64,000 bases of DNA, from contig RHPI01002262.1 in NCBI GenBank assembly GCA_009103225.1, positions 705,382 to 769,381 on the forward strand, in the 5' to 3' direction. The position numbers were made by a program, and so were the translations under genes. Shown here piece by piece: positions 21,462 to 33,717 of this stretch. Position 1 is the stretch's first letter. The number at the start of each line of letters is the position of its first letter. The notes under the pieces are model-generated. The model searched no databases. It was not told the DNA's origin and saw only the letters and a program-made list of their open reading frames with translations. This DNA comes from Chlorokybus atmophyticus (taxonomy: Eukaryota; Plantae; Mesostigma and Chlorokybus algae).

Positions 21462-24394
21462 CAAATAGTTATGTGCAAAGTCATGTGAATCGCAAGGCAG
21501 GGCATTGTTATCATCCTGCAGACGGGCTGCCACATCCCCGGCAGATCTGGTAGCCCAGCACTGATGAAATAATTGTTGTAAACTTGTGTATCGCTTTCAA
21601 CCGATTGGCCATACCTAATGACCGAGCATATACTCGTAATATCTCCTGTGCATAATGTTGTGACTGAGGTACAAGCTCATATTGCAAATACTGTGACTGC
21701 CAATAACAATGCATTGCGCTGTGTGCGGCACCCTACTCAGAGGATCAAGTACGAGTTGAACACTATATGGCAGTGGAGTGGAAGCCAGGACGGCGCATAT
21801 GCAGCAGGCCTGGCTTCAAATCAAACCCATTCCTCAAGCGGGACAGCCCAATGTGGGCGTGCACTGCGTTGCGACAAGGAGGCCCAACCTGGTGAATGTG
21901 CAGGCCTCATTGAACTTCAAGGATGCGGAAATGCCTACATATGACCTAGGCTAGCTGTGGCAATTGCTCTTCTGCCTCCATTGCTTGTGTGCTGGCGCCC
22001 TCACGCGACGTGCTGCCGTTGATCAAAGCAGGTGCTCGTCCACCATACTTGAGGCTGCTGAAGTATTGCGTGGAGGTGCTTCACGCGACGTGGATCTACT
22101 TGACCATGCCCTCTGCGCTACTATCAACGACACACATCATTGCTCTCCTTCTATCGCTTTCATACAGCCTGCCAAGGCCAACGTGCACTTGCCAGCAACA
22201 AACACAAAAATCCTTGCTGAGCAAAGAAAACATGTCATCAGCACCAAGAGAGGTATAACATGAAACTGTAAGGCCTCACCTGTGACAGCAACTGCTGCTT
22301 GTGACAGTCGCCTATAGCTATGCTCGCTTCAGCCAGCTGTGCTCGGTAGGTACTTGAGTTTTCTGAGTCAAAATGGGCCAATGCCGGACGCGTCTGCTGC
22401 CTCACACTCACCAATCAGTGCATCCTCTTCACGAACTGCCGACTCAAATTTGCAAACTCTGAAACGCCCTTTGGTGTGAAATTGCTGACTCCCTTCGTGT
22501 CCTCTCTTTACATGTCTCTCTATCATGTATCATCCACCTACCATTGTGCAATTATCAGCCACAGGAAGATACCTAATCTTTGACTTCTACAAGTTCTGTC
22601 CTGCTTTGCACAAGCACCAGCTCGCTACAGGCTTCCTGCTGCATTTTTAACTGTTATTAATTTGACTTGGAGTGGACTTCTATAGCTAGGTATGGGACGA
22701 CAACACCGCGTTGAGTGCCAGCCATGCACATGCACATGCCATTATGTATGCGAAGGAGGCTTGGATGCTTCAGCAGAGGAAGTGCATTATAACATTGCAT
22801 GCTGCAAGCCAACCAGCATGTGTGCCTTGGGCCCAGTTGCCAAGAAGAGTGCACAGTGGGATGCATAGTTCACAATGATGAGAGCTAATGCAACATAAAT
22901 AGCACCTTTGACATTTGTACCCGTGTGATAACATGTTTATGCTTAGATGCAATACCAAGCTGGTGCTAAAGTTCATGCACAAGCCAGGCTTGTTTTATGA
23001 CCTGTGCATGCAACGTTGAACGCAAGCGCAGAATTACCTTGTTGTGGTATGTACAAGACAGCGGATTGCAGACTAGACAGCTTGTGCCTCTGTAGTTTCA
23101 TGCAAGTCTTAATGCAATGATCAATGAAAAGATTGGCATGTAGCAATGTCACGCAGGTGTGCATTGAGCTTGCTTCTGGGTGCTTGTTCGCAGCAATGCG
23201 CGTGCATATACACTGATGGGTCTACTGTATGCGCGAATGACTGCAAACTTCACGCATAGGTATGCATTTCATGGTCACCGACAATAGGAAGCTCACGTTC
23301 GGCAAGTCACATCACCTCAAAAGCCATGCGCTTTATGCTAATTGGAACAGAGCAATTTTAATTGCAGACATTTGTGTTGTGACACACTGTAAACACCATA
23401 CACAGTGGTTGAAGCAAGAATTTAATGGTGTTTAGTTGAATGTTTGGTTAGATGTGCTTGGATACCTGTGGTCGCAATGCTCGTTGGGTGTGCCAGGTTG
23501 TCACAACCTGGCAATATCTGATCACAAATCAAGCCGCCTCGGTGGCGGCTTAATTTGTGATCAGATATTGCTCCGGGCTTTTGGTCAAAATTCTGCAACA
23601 ACTGCATTGCTATTGTACAACAAATCGAATGGCAACGGCGCTGTACACACTGGCAGTGTGGCAGGTAATGGACCGTGTCTGCGTGCAAGCTGACAGGGGT
23701 ATGCGCTGTAGTATTCCGTCGATACATTAGTATGCAACATCGTCACACCAAGCTACGTACTGTCATCCCTGCCATCACTGCACAAGCATACTCACACGCA
23801 TGCCAGCGGGATGCAAGCACGCCTACACAACTACACTGCCGCAGCCGCCAGCACAGCGTCCGCTTCCGCCGTTGGCGCCGCCGTCGTGTAGTATTGGGTA
23901 GGTAGCTAGCTTGTATACATAGCCCGGTGGTTATACCAACGTTGTTCTTTTCCATGTGGCGTGTGGCCTGCTGATACATGTGTTTTGTGTCATGTGAGTC
24001 ACATGCACGTCATGCATAAAATTTACACATCCCAATCAAACCAAAATCTCTGTTTGACTAGCATATATTGCAATATACAACGCAAGGCGCCTGATATTGT
24101 GCCTTGGTGCAATGACACAGAAAGGTGAGCAGCTGTTGTATAGGTTGCAGCGCATAGGCTGACAAAGCATGCATGACTCTGTCATACTGGTAATCACCGC
24201 ACAATAGCTTTATTCCTACCAATCTATAGTAATCAAGTACAAAATCAAAAGGATGGGTTGGTCCACATCGCCTGGTAGGCCAACACTACATCCCGCTAAG
24301 TATACGCTTGGCAGCCCCTAAGTGAGGTGAAAATTGAGCAACCCATCTACAAGATCATCAGCAACCCATCTACACCACAAACTGAAAGGGAAGC

Positions 24395-26585
24395 CTACTC
24401 GGTGATGACAGACCCCGCGTTGATGGCGGCAGCGCAAGTGCGCGCATCGTTGCACCGCCCATTCTTGAGCAGCTTGGCAGTGTCCGCGAGGAGGCTGAGC
24501 AGGTTGTCGGCGTGGCTGGGGCACGCCGCCGCCGGCTTCACGGTGCAGGTGCGGTACGACCCGAATGCACCGGTGCACTTGTTGATCAGAGCGGCAGTCA
24601 GCTCACGGCGAGCCTGGGCACAGGCAGTTGTCCCGCTTGCTATGCCCTGCAAGAGACGAGGTGTGAATCTGTTGTGTGCATGCACAGGGGTTGAGAGCAC
24701 AATGGTGGTATGTTGCGTGCTGTCCAACAACTAGCATAGCTTACGCGCACGCACACACACGCATGCGCGCACAAGCAAAGGCGCTTGAGAAACACACATG
24801 CACGAATGCGCACGATCTGACACACGGACACGCATACACACATGCCAGTATGACCAATCACGTGGACTTGACCAGCTCAAGAAGGTGCATGTGTAATGCG
24901 CGGCCAGAGGCAGAGGACACATTACAACTGTTGCTTCGAGTCTCCTACCTGGCAGGTGGTGGAGACGCCGGAGATACCGTAGCGTGCCAGGTATCCATCC
25001 ACGCACCTGGTGATCGGGCTGTCGAGGCACCTGTTGACGAAGGCGCTGGCGGGTTGAGGGTTGTTCTTGCATTGGCACTTGCCCACCACCACCTAAGGAG
25101 AACACATGTCAGTGTGCTTCTGTGTCCTTAATGCATGCATGTGTGCATAATAACTACAGCGTGTGTGGTTAGTACCTTGGCGGTGACTGTTTTGAGCCCT
25201 CCACATGCGCTCGAGGCCGTGAAGGTAACTATCGTTGTGCCAGTCGGGAAGACATCAGGTGCGTTGTTGGAGACAGTCACCTCCTCCCCACAAGCACCTG
25301 TGTGCATGTGCATGTTTGAGTTTGAGTGTGTATGTGTGTGCTGGTGCAGGTGCTGGTGCTGGCAATGCAATGTTGGCATGAAGTGTTGCAGGGTATATCT
25401 GCCAAAAGTGAGTGTTCGTTGCTCACCTGAGGCCTTGACATTTGCAAGCCAGTTGCGTATGCGCGAGGCGGGAGTGCCATTGGCTTCAGAGCACGAGAGG
25501 GAGATGTTGCGTGGGACGGTGATGAAGGAAGGAAGCTGGAAGTTGGTGGTGGATATCAACTGGAAGCAGGTGGCGCTCGCACCCGTGCTCAGCTCGAAAG
25601 CGCTCCAGGCCCTTGAAACCGTCTGCGACACGCCACACCCGGGCGTCACCGTGTCCACATAAGCCACACGGACGGCGCTTGTGTTGCAAACGACCGTCGG
25701 GAAGCCAGCTCCTGCAATAGAAAATTGATGGGTGCGTGCGTGTGCGAATCTCTGTGTGCGTGCGTGTGCTTCAGTGGGGAGTTGCGCACTTGTGTATGTG
25801 TCTGTGCGCTTGCAAATGCATTCACACGCACGTATGCGGGAAAAGTGAACTGTCTGCATGCGCACATGTGTGCATGTGTCTGGGTATGCATGCGTATGCG
25901 CACACTTGTATCTAAAATAGACAGCAGTGTTGTGATCTCATATCTAGCTTACCGCCTGCCGGGGTTGGGGTGGCATCCGGGCAGCTGAAGATGATACTGG
26001 AAGGGCAGCTGACAGAGAGGGTGCAGCTAGTCGGAGCGGGTGCTGGTGCGGGAGTCGGGGTTGGGGTCGGTGAGATCACCACAGAGTTGTTGAGCACAGT
26101 GATGCGCCCATCGTTGGTGATGCGAATAGGTGAATTCTGCCTGATGTACTCAGCGAGCACGTCCGCCAAGATCGCACCGTTGTTGAAGACGTATGGGGCC
26201 GCGGCAACGTCGGTGTGGTTGTCTCCACCACTGTAAGCATTTTATCAGTTAGATTCTTAAAAGCTGCTGTTGTTATGTCATAAATGCTATAGCGATGCAT
26301 GTTCACACATCTTGCACACGCGAACAATTGGCATCAACGCATGCAGTGCCACAACCACTGAACTCTGGATAGTACAAGATCCTGCTTTGAGCCACAAGAA
26401 CGCGCACAACATGTTGGCTTACCTGCCAACAAAGTCATTGGTGGCAACGTTGTATAATTCGTTGTCGTCGAGAGGCACGAAAACACCATCAACACGAATC
26501 TGAACGGAAATGACGCGCGAGTATGCTGGCCGGGAGATATCAAAAGTGTACTTCAGGCCCGCAACCTGCGCTCACCCACGTGAGT

Positions 26586-26665
<80 letters not shown>

Positions 26666-26666
26666 N

Positions 26667-26750
<84 letters not shown>

Positions 26751-29700
26751 CACCTGGAGGAAGCGGCCAGCAACAATCTCCCATTGGCCAACACCATTCT
26801 CGAGTGCGTTGCGAATCTGCTTGCCAGTCATGCGCTTCGCGACGACATAGTTACCGAACGGGAACGCCGTCAACACCTGTTCACGCCTGATGGTTCCCGG
26901 CAGTATTGATGCGCGGATGCCTCCACCATTTGTGACAGCCACCTCAAAACGGTCCGTTGAGCTCCTGTACAAATGTCGCAATCACAACAATCAGCACTCT
27001 CAGCACAAGGCTGCCAACATGCACACACGATGTGCGTGGTCATTGTGCACACGCGCGAGCATACATATGCACAACACTCTGCAGACAACAATGCTGTACT
27101 TGAATGGTTGCAGCAGCGCCTCAGCAGACAAGTCCCCGAAGTTGGTCTCCCGCTGCCTAACCTGGTAATACATCCCAACACGAGTCAGCACGCGTGCACA
27201 CATACATACATGATAAGGTGATCACACTGTCATGCAGCACCTGTGGCCGTTCAGCATCAAGCAGCACTTCAGTAGAGCCAAGCACTTCACCGGACGTGGC
27301 ACGCACAGGGCCGGCGAGGGTCTCGATCAGAGCGTTGGTCTCCGCGTCCATTGCAACATTGTTGGAAGACCCACTGCACAAGGTGTTGAGACTTTAGGAG
27401 GATGTTTTACAAGTAACAGTTGGGTAACAGGTTGAGTGGTCAATGGACACATGTATGTACCTGCCACCCATGAGTATTGGTGCATCGGTATAGGTAAGAA
27501 GGTCTCCACTGTCGTCAAATGTGAGCGTGATCTTGCCCATGTACCGACTGGCAAAGAAAGCCTGTTGGAATGACACATGTAAGTGTATGTGTGCATGCGA
27601 GTGCACGCAATTATGTCTGCGTGCAGGAGTGCATATTTAGGCGCACACACAAACACGTAAGTGCATGTGTGCCAATTGTGCGTGTATGCGTGCACATACG
27701 CGAATGTGTGCGTGCACGAGCGCAGATGAAGGTACGCTTAAGCACGTGTGCGATGCGCGCGCGCACACATGCGTACGTGAAAGATAGTATATATGTGTTG
27801 TTGTGCGTAAGTGTATGCACTTGGTCGACCATCCATGCTTTCTTGACTGAACCAAGTACATCTATCAGCAATACTCACCTGGTAGATGGGAATCTGCTTG
27901 CCGGCTTCCACGTTAGATGCCACAACAGTCGGGTACCCGCCCGAAGATGTGTCCACAGCACCCGTGGCAGTGTTGAGCACAGGAGGAGACCCAGAGTCGA
28001 GGAATGTGTGGGAATGACCCCCAATGACCAGATCAATTCCAGGCACTTGGGGTGCGAGGGCCTGGTCTTCAGCGTAGCCAATGTGCGTCAGGGCGATGAC
28101 GATGTTGACACCGTTGCTTTTCAGGTCCGCTGCGCATTTGGTGAGAGCGGGAACGTAGTCGTTGAACTGCACAGTCGGGCCGCCGGAGGACGAGTATGCT
28201 GTCTCCGTCGTGGTCAAGCCGCACACGCCAACCTTGACACGCGTGGGACCAACCTCGAATGTCGTTGAAGGGCGGATAAGACCTGGGCGTGACAAATGGG
28301 TGTATGTGACTGTAGATTGGTAACAGGTGTACCGTATGTGTGCACGTGTGCATTTGCGCATACCGAGATATGCACTACATGCATGCGGTGGCGAACTGCA
28401 CTCGTGCTTACAGGTCACCACTAAACAAAGACACAACATTCTCTGTACAAGCTCTCAACACGTGTACACCACTCCTGAGTACACCAAGACTTGTTCTCAC
28501 TGCTGAGCACATACACGCGCGTTTCACAAAGGTTGTGGCTTAACAGAAGAGAGTATTCAGTATGTTGGAATGCGTTCTGTTGGACCATGGACCATGGACA
28601 GCATATGCGGCACAAACTCTCACCGCTAAGGGGAGAACCGGGGGTGACGTCAATGTTGGCGCTGATGACAGGGAAAGCTTTGGCGCCCGTGGTGACGTTG
28701 CGGATGTACTGTGCAAGAACCTCGGGTCCCTTGTCAAACTCATGGTTGCCAAGCGTCTGCACAGCACCCAAGGAGTTGGTGCATGCATATTCATGCGAGT
28801 GCTCGTGGATGCATGCGTGCACTTGTGCATAGCTGTGCTTACATGACTTTATGCATGTGTGTGCGTGCACATGTTTGTAGACGCTTGTGTGAGCGCATAC
28901 ACCTGTGCATTGGCGTATACATGCTATGGTGTGTGCCAGTGTATGTGCATGCAGATACGTATGTGTGTACAAGTTTGTATTCCTGCGTGTGTGTGTGCAA
29001 GTGTGTATGTGGATGCGCACTTGCATGCATTCTTGTGTTAAATTTCTTGACTGTGGCATACCATAGCTTGCACACCAAGGAGTGGCTGGAAAGAGGCCGC
29101 TTCATAACCATTGTACGCAATGCTCCACAGTGTGCCTGACGTTAGAACCACATGTTTATGGCACTCCAGTTCCCCGCATGCAAGGCTGCAACATGGAGCA
29201 AGAAACTGACACCAACATGTGACTTGCTCTCTCCAGGTGGAATGTTCTGTCAACAAAACCGTACCTGTGAACTGGTCGCCGGCGTCGAGCACAAGCACAG
29301 GCTCAGTCGCAGCGGCCGTGATGTCCTTCGCCTGCCCACCAAAACAGTTGGTCAGTTAGTGCAGAAGCTAATGTGCAAATGGAAGTATTTCACAGCAGTC
29401 CATCAGCACGTAGATTGGTGGTAGACGCCCGCACGTAATAGTTCAGTGATACAGTGGTTGAAGAGGAATGGTTGAGTAGAGGACCAAACAAGTAGCAGAC
29501 AGCAGTTCAGCATTGTTCACAGCACACACGCGCAGTAGCTAACAAGAGCGGTCATTCGAATATATATATATATATATAGTGAACTATATATATATATATA
29601 TATATATGTATATAGTTTACAAGAAACTGGTAGAGGCAAAACTAATTACTGTCAAGTACGCAGCAACACTGGCGAGTAAGGTAATTCACCCTTGTGTTCA

Positions 29701-30053
29701 CCAAATCCAACTCACCTGATCAGTTAACAAGACTCAGTTCGGTACTAGCTGGACACCTGAACTAGTACTACTTGATCACACCTTCCAGTGGTTTTTTCAC
29801 CCTACAGTAGTAGTTGAAAGTGGTTATCACTCTAGTGAAGGCTTTGCACTCAATGTACCTGTTGGACGAGGCGGGCGTAGCCGCCATAGCACAGACCGGC
29901 GTCGGCGGAGGCGGCGGGGCAGGCGTTGGCAGCCGAGTCGGCCTGCTCAATCCTGGCATGCACGTCGTTGATGTGCACGATCGTGAAGGTGAAGTCTGCC
30001 GCCGCTGGCGCCAGCACCAGCAGCAGCAGCAGGCAACAGCTGCTTAGAGCCAT
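24395..30053 (-). CDS. Secreted 5'-nucleotidase/apyrase-family metallophosphoesterase with C-terminal Pro-rich linker, HYR-like repeats and Cys-rich tail
   Basis: Signal peptide MALSSCCLLLLLVLAPAAA. Intact motifs HINDVH, LDAGDQFTG, LGNHEFD, ALTHIG and GGHSHT. 5'-nucleotidase C domain RETNFGDL, NGGGIRASI, FPFGN, QVAGLKYTFD. Then PTPTPAPAP, CPSSIIFSC, VSRAWSA...PSFITVPRNISLSC, NAPDVFPTGTTIVTFTASSACG and Cys-rich final exons. Confidence 0.9.
26589..26747. repeat. (GA)n microsatellite in a 5'-nucleotidase intron, containing an n
   Basis: About 80 GA units read directly; the n suggests an assembly join, so true length is uncertain. Confidence 0.98.
29560..29614. repeat. Interrupted (AT)n microsatellite
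   Basis: Two TA runs separated by GTGAAC in intron 1 of the nucleotidase gene. Confidence 0.95.
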
Positions 30054-31173
30054 CTTTGGCCCCTTCGCCTAACCTTAGAGTCTGAGGTTTGGGCTTGGCA
30101 ACCTCACCCACCTGGCTGTTGCCGCCAGCAACAAGCTAGAGGCGGAGGATGAGCACGGCGACGAGAGCAGCAAATACAAGAGCTATATGCGGGTGTGTGT
30201 CACTTCACTGTGTGGGGTCGATCGCTTGCATGTGTCCATGCAGCGGAGCTTTTGCTTGCACACAGGCGAACAATTCCGCGGCATGGTATGATGCTCTGTC
30301 GGTGCTTATGCTGACTGCGCGAAAGTTGTTCCGCGGCAGAGGAATCTCTGTGCTCGGTTGGTGACATACACTCATGCAGTGCATTGCATGCATAGTTGCG
30401 GGTGGGGACTCCCAACTGGGGAGAAAAACTTGCGGGCTCAACTTGAACCAAGGTCCCTCTCGCTGAATATTCGTAGCATAGAGGCGGCGCAGTGATTGAC
30501 ACCGCGCATGCCTCCACCGATCAGCCCCGTTTCATTGTGTAGGCCCTCACATGGTACCGTCCCTGAAGCCATGACACGTGCACGCCTTAACACGGCAGCC
30601 CACAAGTTGAAATTGTTCATTCGGTTCAAGTTGCGGGTATCATATCAGGATGCATCAACCTTTACGGGTGCTAACAAGGTCTAGTCACAGTAGGATTGGT
30701 TGACATGATTTCAGATGGGTAACAAGGTTGTAACTCATCAGTTGTGAATGTAGCATATAGTCATAAACTTACATCACTACAATAGTCACTCTCAAAAAAA
30801 ATAAAAGTATTATATGAACATCGTGTTATAAACATGAATTGTTATGGGGAGTTTATAAAAAGCGGTTATACATATCATATGTGAGAAGGCTTTTATTATC
30901 ATGCATAAAACTTCTTAAGTATGAATCCGAAACATGGCATCGCGCCACGGTGACGTAATGAAGGCTGTCATGTGCTATGTCTCATAGCACACGATGTCCT
31001 CTACGATAATATAAGATTAAAAGGTTGCGATAGTAATAACAATGCTCGTGTTGCGATGTGCAATATTACGCCATATGACATCATATGCCGGCATATTGAT
31101 TGCTGTGACACCATATGGTATGATATGGAATGGTATGGTGCGATGTCGCAAGACATGTCGTGTGTTCCTTGTT

Positions 31174-31288
<115 letters not shown>

Positions 31289-31538
31289 NATGACAGAACC
31301 GGTTGATTTACGTTGCTGAGATAATACACTTACACCAAACACCACAGCATACGTACATCTATGAAGTTACACCCAATACAGTTACACCACCAATATGCAC
31401 CCACCTGTATCATATTGACACCAAAGCATGGTGTCGCACAAACTGTCCAACACACATGGTGACCTACACAAACAATAGCCAATTTCACTCTATTTTCTTT
31501 TTTTAATTGGCAAAACCGCTACCACTACGTCGGCGCGC

Positions 31539-31856
31539 CTAAAATGCTTTAAACCTTGCTGGGTTGCCTTCATCCATATTGTAACCTTTGCACCCTCGAG
31601 AGTCGTATTGGGCGATATACCTAGCTTCTAACCAATCTATTCGCGCCTTGCAATGTCCTTCATCTAAGACTTCCAACTGCACTTGCTCTTCAAAAGGCTT
31701 ACTGCTATCTAAGTTAGGCAACATTTTCTTAGGTGGGTGTTTACAAGGTTCCTTATAACGCCGACCTGGGTGGCTACTTTGACCGATATATACTTTCTGT
31801 GTTGCCACATGCGTCAACTTGTAGACAAACTTCACACCTTTGTTTATGGGTTGCAT
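31539..31856 (-). CDS. Stand-alone GIY-YIG endonuclease ORF (homing-endonuclease/virus-like type), possibly decayed
   Basis: FVYKLTHVATQKVYIGQS..PGRRYKE, LEARYIAQYDS, GYN: GIY/YIG strands, the Arg, the catalytic Glu helix and the terminal Asn. The stop may be premature, since the frame continues ARRRSGSGFAN*. Confidence 0.8.
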   Translation of the reverse strand: MQPINKGVKFVYKLTHVATQKVYIGQSSHPGRRYKEPCKHPPKKMLPNLDSSKPFEEQVQLEVLDEGHCKARIDWLEARYIAQYDSRGCKGYNMDEGNPARFKAF

Positions 31857-33300
31857 ACGTTTTTTGAGGTACGTGCAGAGGCCCTGATGTTGGTGTTGGC
31901 ATTGATGCTGTTTCTTGCTGCCGAGGATCGCAGGATCATCTGGACCTCATTGTTTACCTGCAAAGAACAATGTTACTATGAATGTTGCAGTACACATTCG
32001 AGAATGATGTTGAATATGGTGACATATATGTGTAGCGAAGTAGAAGCAAGGAAACAGACAACGGGTAAAGGATAAGAAGCAAGGGAGCCAATGCAAAAGC
32101 AGAAGTGTAACAAAAGATGGAATGACTACATGGGTTCTGACTTGATGTGCCGATTGTTATTGGAACTCTGCTACCGTAGCAGCGTGACGCAACCAAAGCA
32201 TTCTTATGTCATCGCGACTAATCTTGACAAGCACAGTAATCCCATCATCAACTTGGATAACAACACACCTCATTGGCAGCAACATTTGCTACTAGAGCTT
32301 CCCTTGGGTCTGCTTTATTGATTTGCTCAATGGTTTTTTCTGCTTTTCCTTGCGACATGAAACGCGCTGTCTCCCAATTGCAAACTTTGCGAACGTGCAC
32401 CAGCTCGAACACCTATGAAACATCTGTTAACTACAGGTGCTTTGGCCAAGTGTCATATTGATACATACCAGATTAGCGTAAATTGGCTCTGCATTATCAG
32501 GAAGTTCTGGGTTGTCCTTGCGCATCAGAGTGTCCCACAACTTATAAGCTACTTGGCGCTTCAGGTCATCAAAAATGTCGATGCCGAGCTTTCTAAGGTA
32601 GTGAATGCATGTTCCTGCACATACTTGCATCAGTTAACATGCACCACAGTGTGTAAGTGTACATTTACCGCTTCTCACAATTTGCAATGGAGTCCCTGTG
32701 GTTTATGCGAAACTCTTGAGCTCTCTCTTTGGCGAATTAACTTATCGGCCTCTGGCTTGGAGAATAGCCCCTCAACCTTGTCGGGAGTGATTCCTGTTGA
32801 GTCACATACTACCATTTGTTTCGCTGTCAGCGGACGACCAGGCGCATCACCTCCAGAGCTACTGGTACGTGGACGCTTAGAGCCAGGTTCGTCGTTGGAA
32901 ATTGGAGCGTGGAGTCTCTCGAACAGGTCTTTTCCGTTAAAGTCCATGCTGTCAACCAGGTGCATTGTCAATGTAACGCTCGCCAACGTGTTGACTCACA
33001 GAGCTCGAAATTAAACAGAGGCAAACTGAGCCACGTAGTTACATGTGTCGAGCTGAGGTGACAGTTTCCGACGATGGGTAGGTGTCTGAGGCAGGTGATG
33101 CGACAGGCATGTATGCACAGTGGCCTGCGACTTGACGTTTCAACTGGTGTATATTTATAGCAGCGCTAGATATATTACTAATGTATATCTGCGTGGCAAG
33201 GAAAAGGGTCTGCATCGGCAGAACACCACGTGCTAAGCCATGCCGCAATGCGATTGGTGAGAAGAGATGATGGGATGGAGGAGATGATTGCATACAAAGC
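31844..33300 (-). CDS. Spliced orphan gene of unknown function inside Helitron B
   Basis: Exons joined by GT-AG: ...CDSTGITPDKVEGLFSKPEADKLIRQ..., HYLRKLGIDIFDDLKRQVAYKLWDTLMRKDNPELPDNAEPIYANL|VFELVHVRKVCNWETARFMSQGKAEKTIEQINKADPREALVANVAANE|VNNEVQMILRSS...NVCNP*. The last two junctions are phase-compatible; the 5' end is unresolved and has stops. Confidence 0.5.
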
Positions 33301-33399
33301 ATGGTTTGATGACGGGTGATACGGCAATTAACTAAATGTGCCCTGTCATCGAACTAAACAATGTGTACAGTGTGGTCATGAGATGCAATTCATGTTACG

Positions 33400-33655
33400 C
33401 GACATGGTCCAATATCATCGAACATGGAACCATATAACGCCATGTTGTGCAACATCGTTTATACATGCTCAAACATCATGCCATATGCGTTGATATCAAA
33501 CAACGTTGTGCAACATCGTACCATGTCGCCTAAAGCAATATCGTCCAACTTGGAACCATGTAGTGCAATGTTGTGCAACATCGATTACACATGCTCAAAC
33601 ATCTGCAATATGCGTCGATATCAAACAACGTTGCGCAACATCGTATCATATCGCC
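33400..33655. repeat. About 125-bp imperfect tandem duplication between the helicase and the orphan gene
   Basis: TGGAACCAT...ATGTTGTGCAACATCG...ACATGCTCAAACATC...GATATCAAACAACGTTG...CAACATCGTA occurs twice. Confidence 0.8.
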
Positions 33656-33717
33656 AAAATGATGCAACATATGTCACACCATTGCGCAACACCAACTGGA
33701 CTTACTGGTTATCAATG

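Noticed and set aside
26523-26981. ORFs with ERERER/LSLSLS runs (also 31001-31345)
   Set aside because: They are translations of (GA)n/(CT)n microsatellites; the first lies in a 5'-nucleotidase intron.
27570-29140. His/Thr/Cys/Val-rich ORFs (HTHTH, CVCVC) here and at 24640-25900, 57600-57870 and 61450-62180
   Set aside because: They are translations of degenerate CA/TG intron repeats.
31539-31856. Penelope-like retroelement as the source of the GIY-YIG
   Set aside because: No reverse transcriptase motifs or pseudo-LTRs were seen nearby; the adjacent coding sequence is Rep-helicase.
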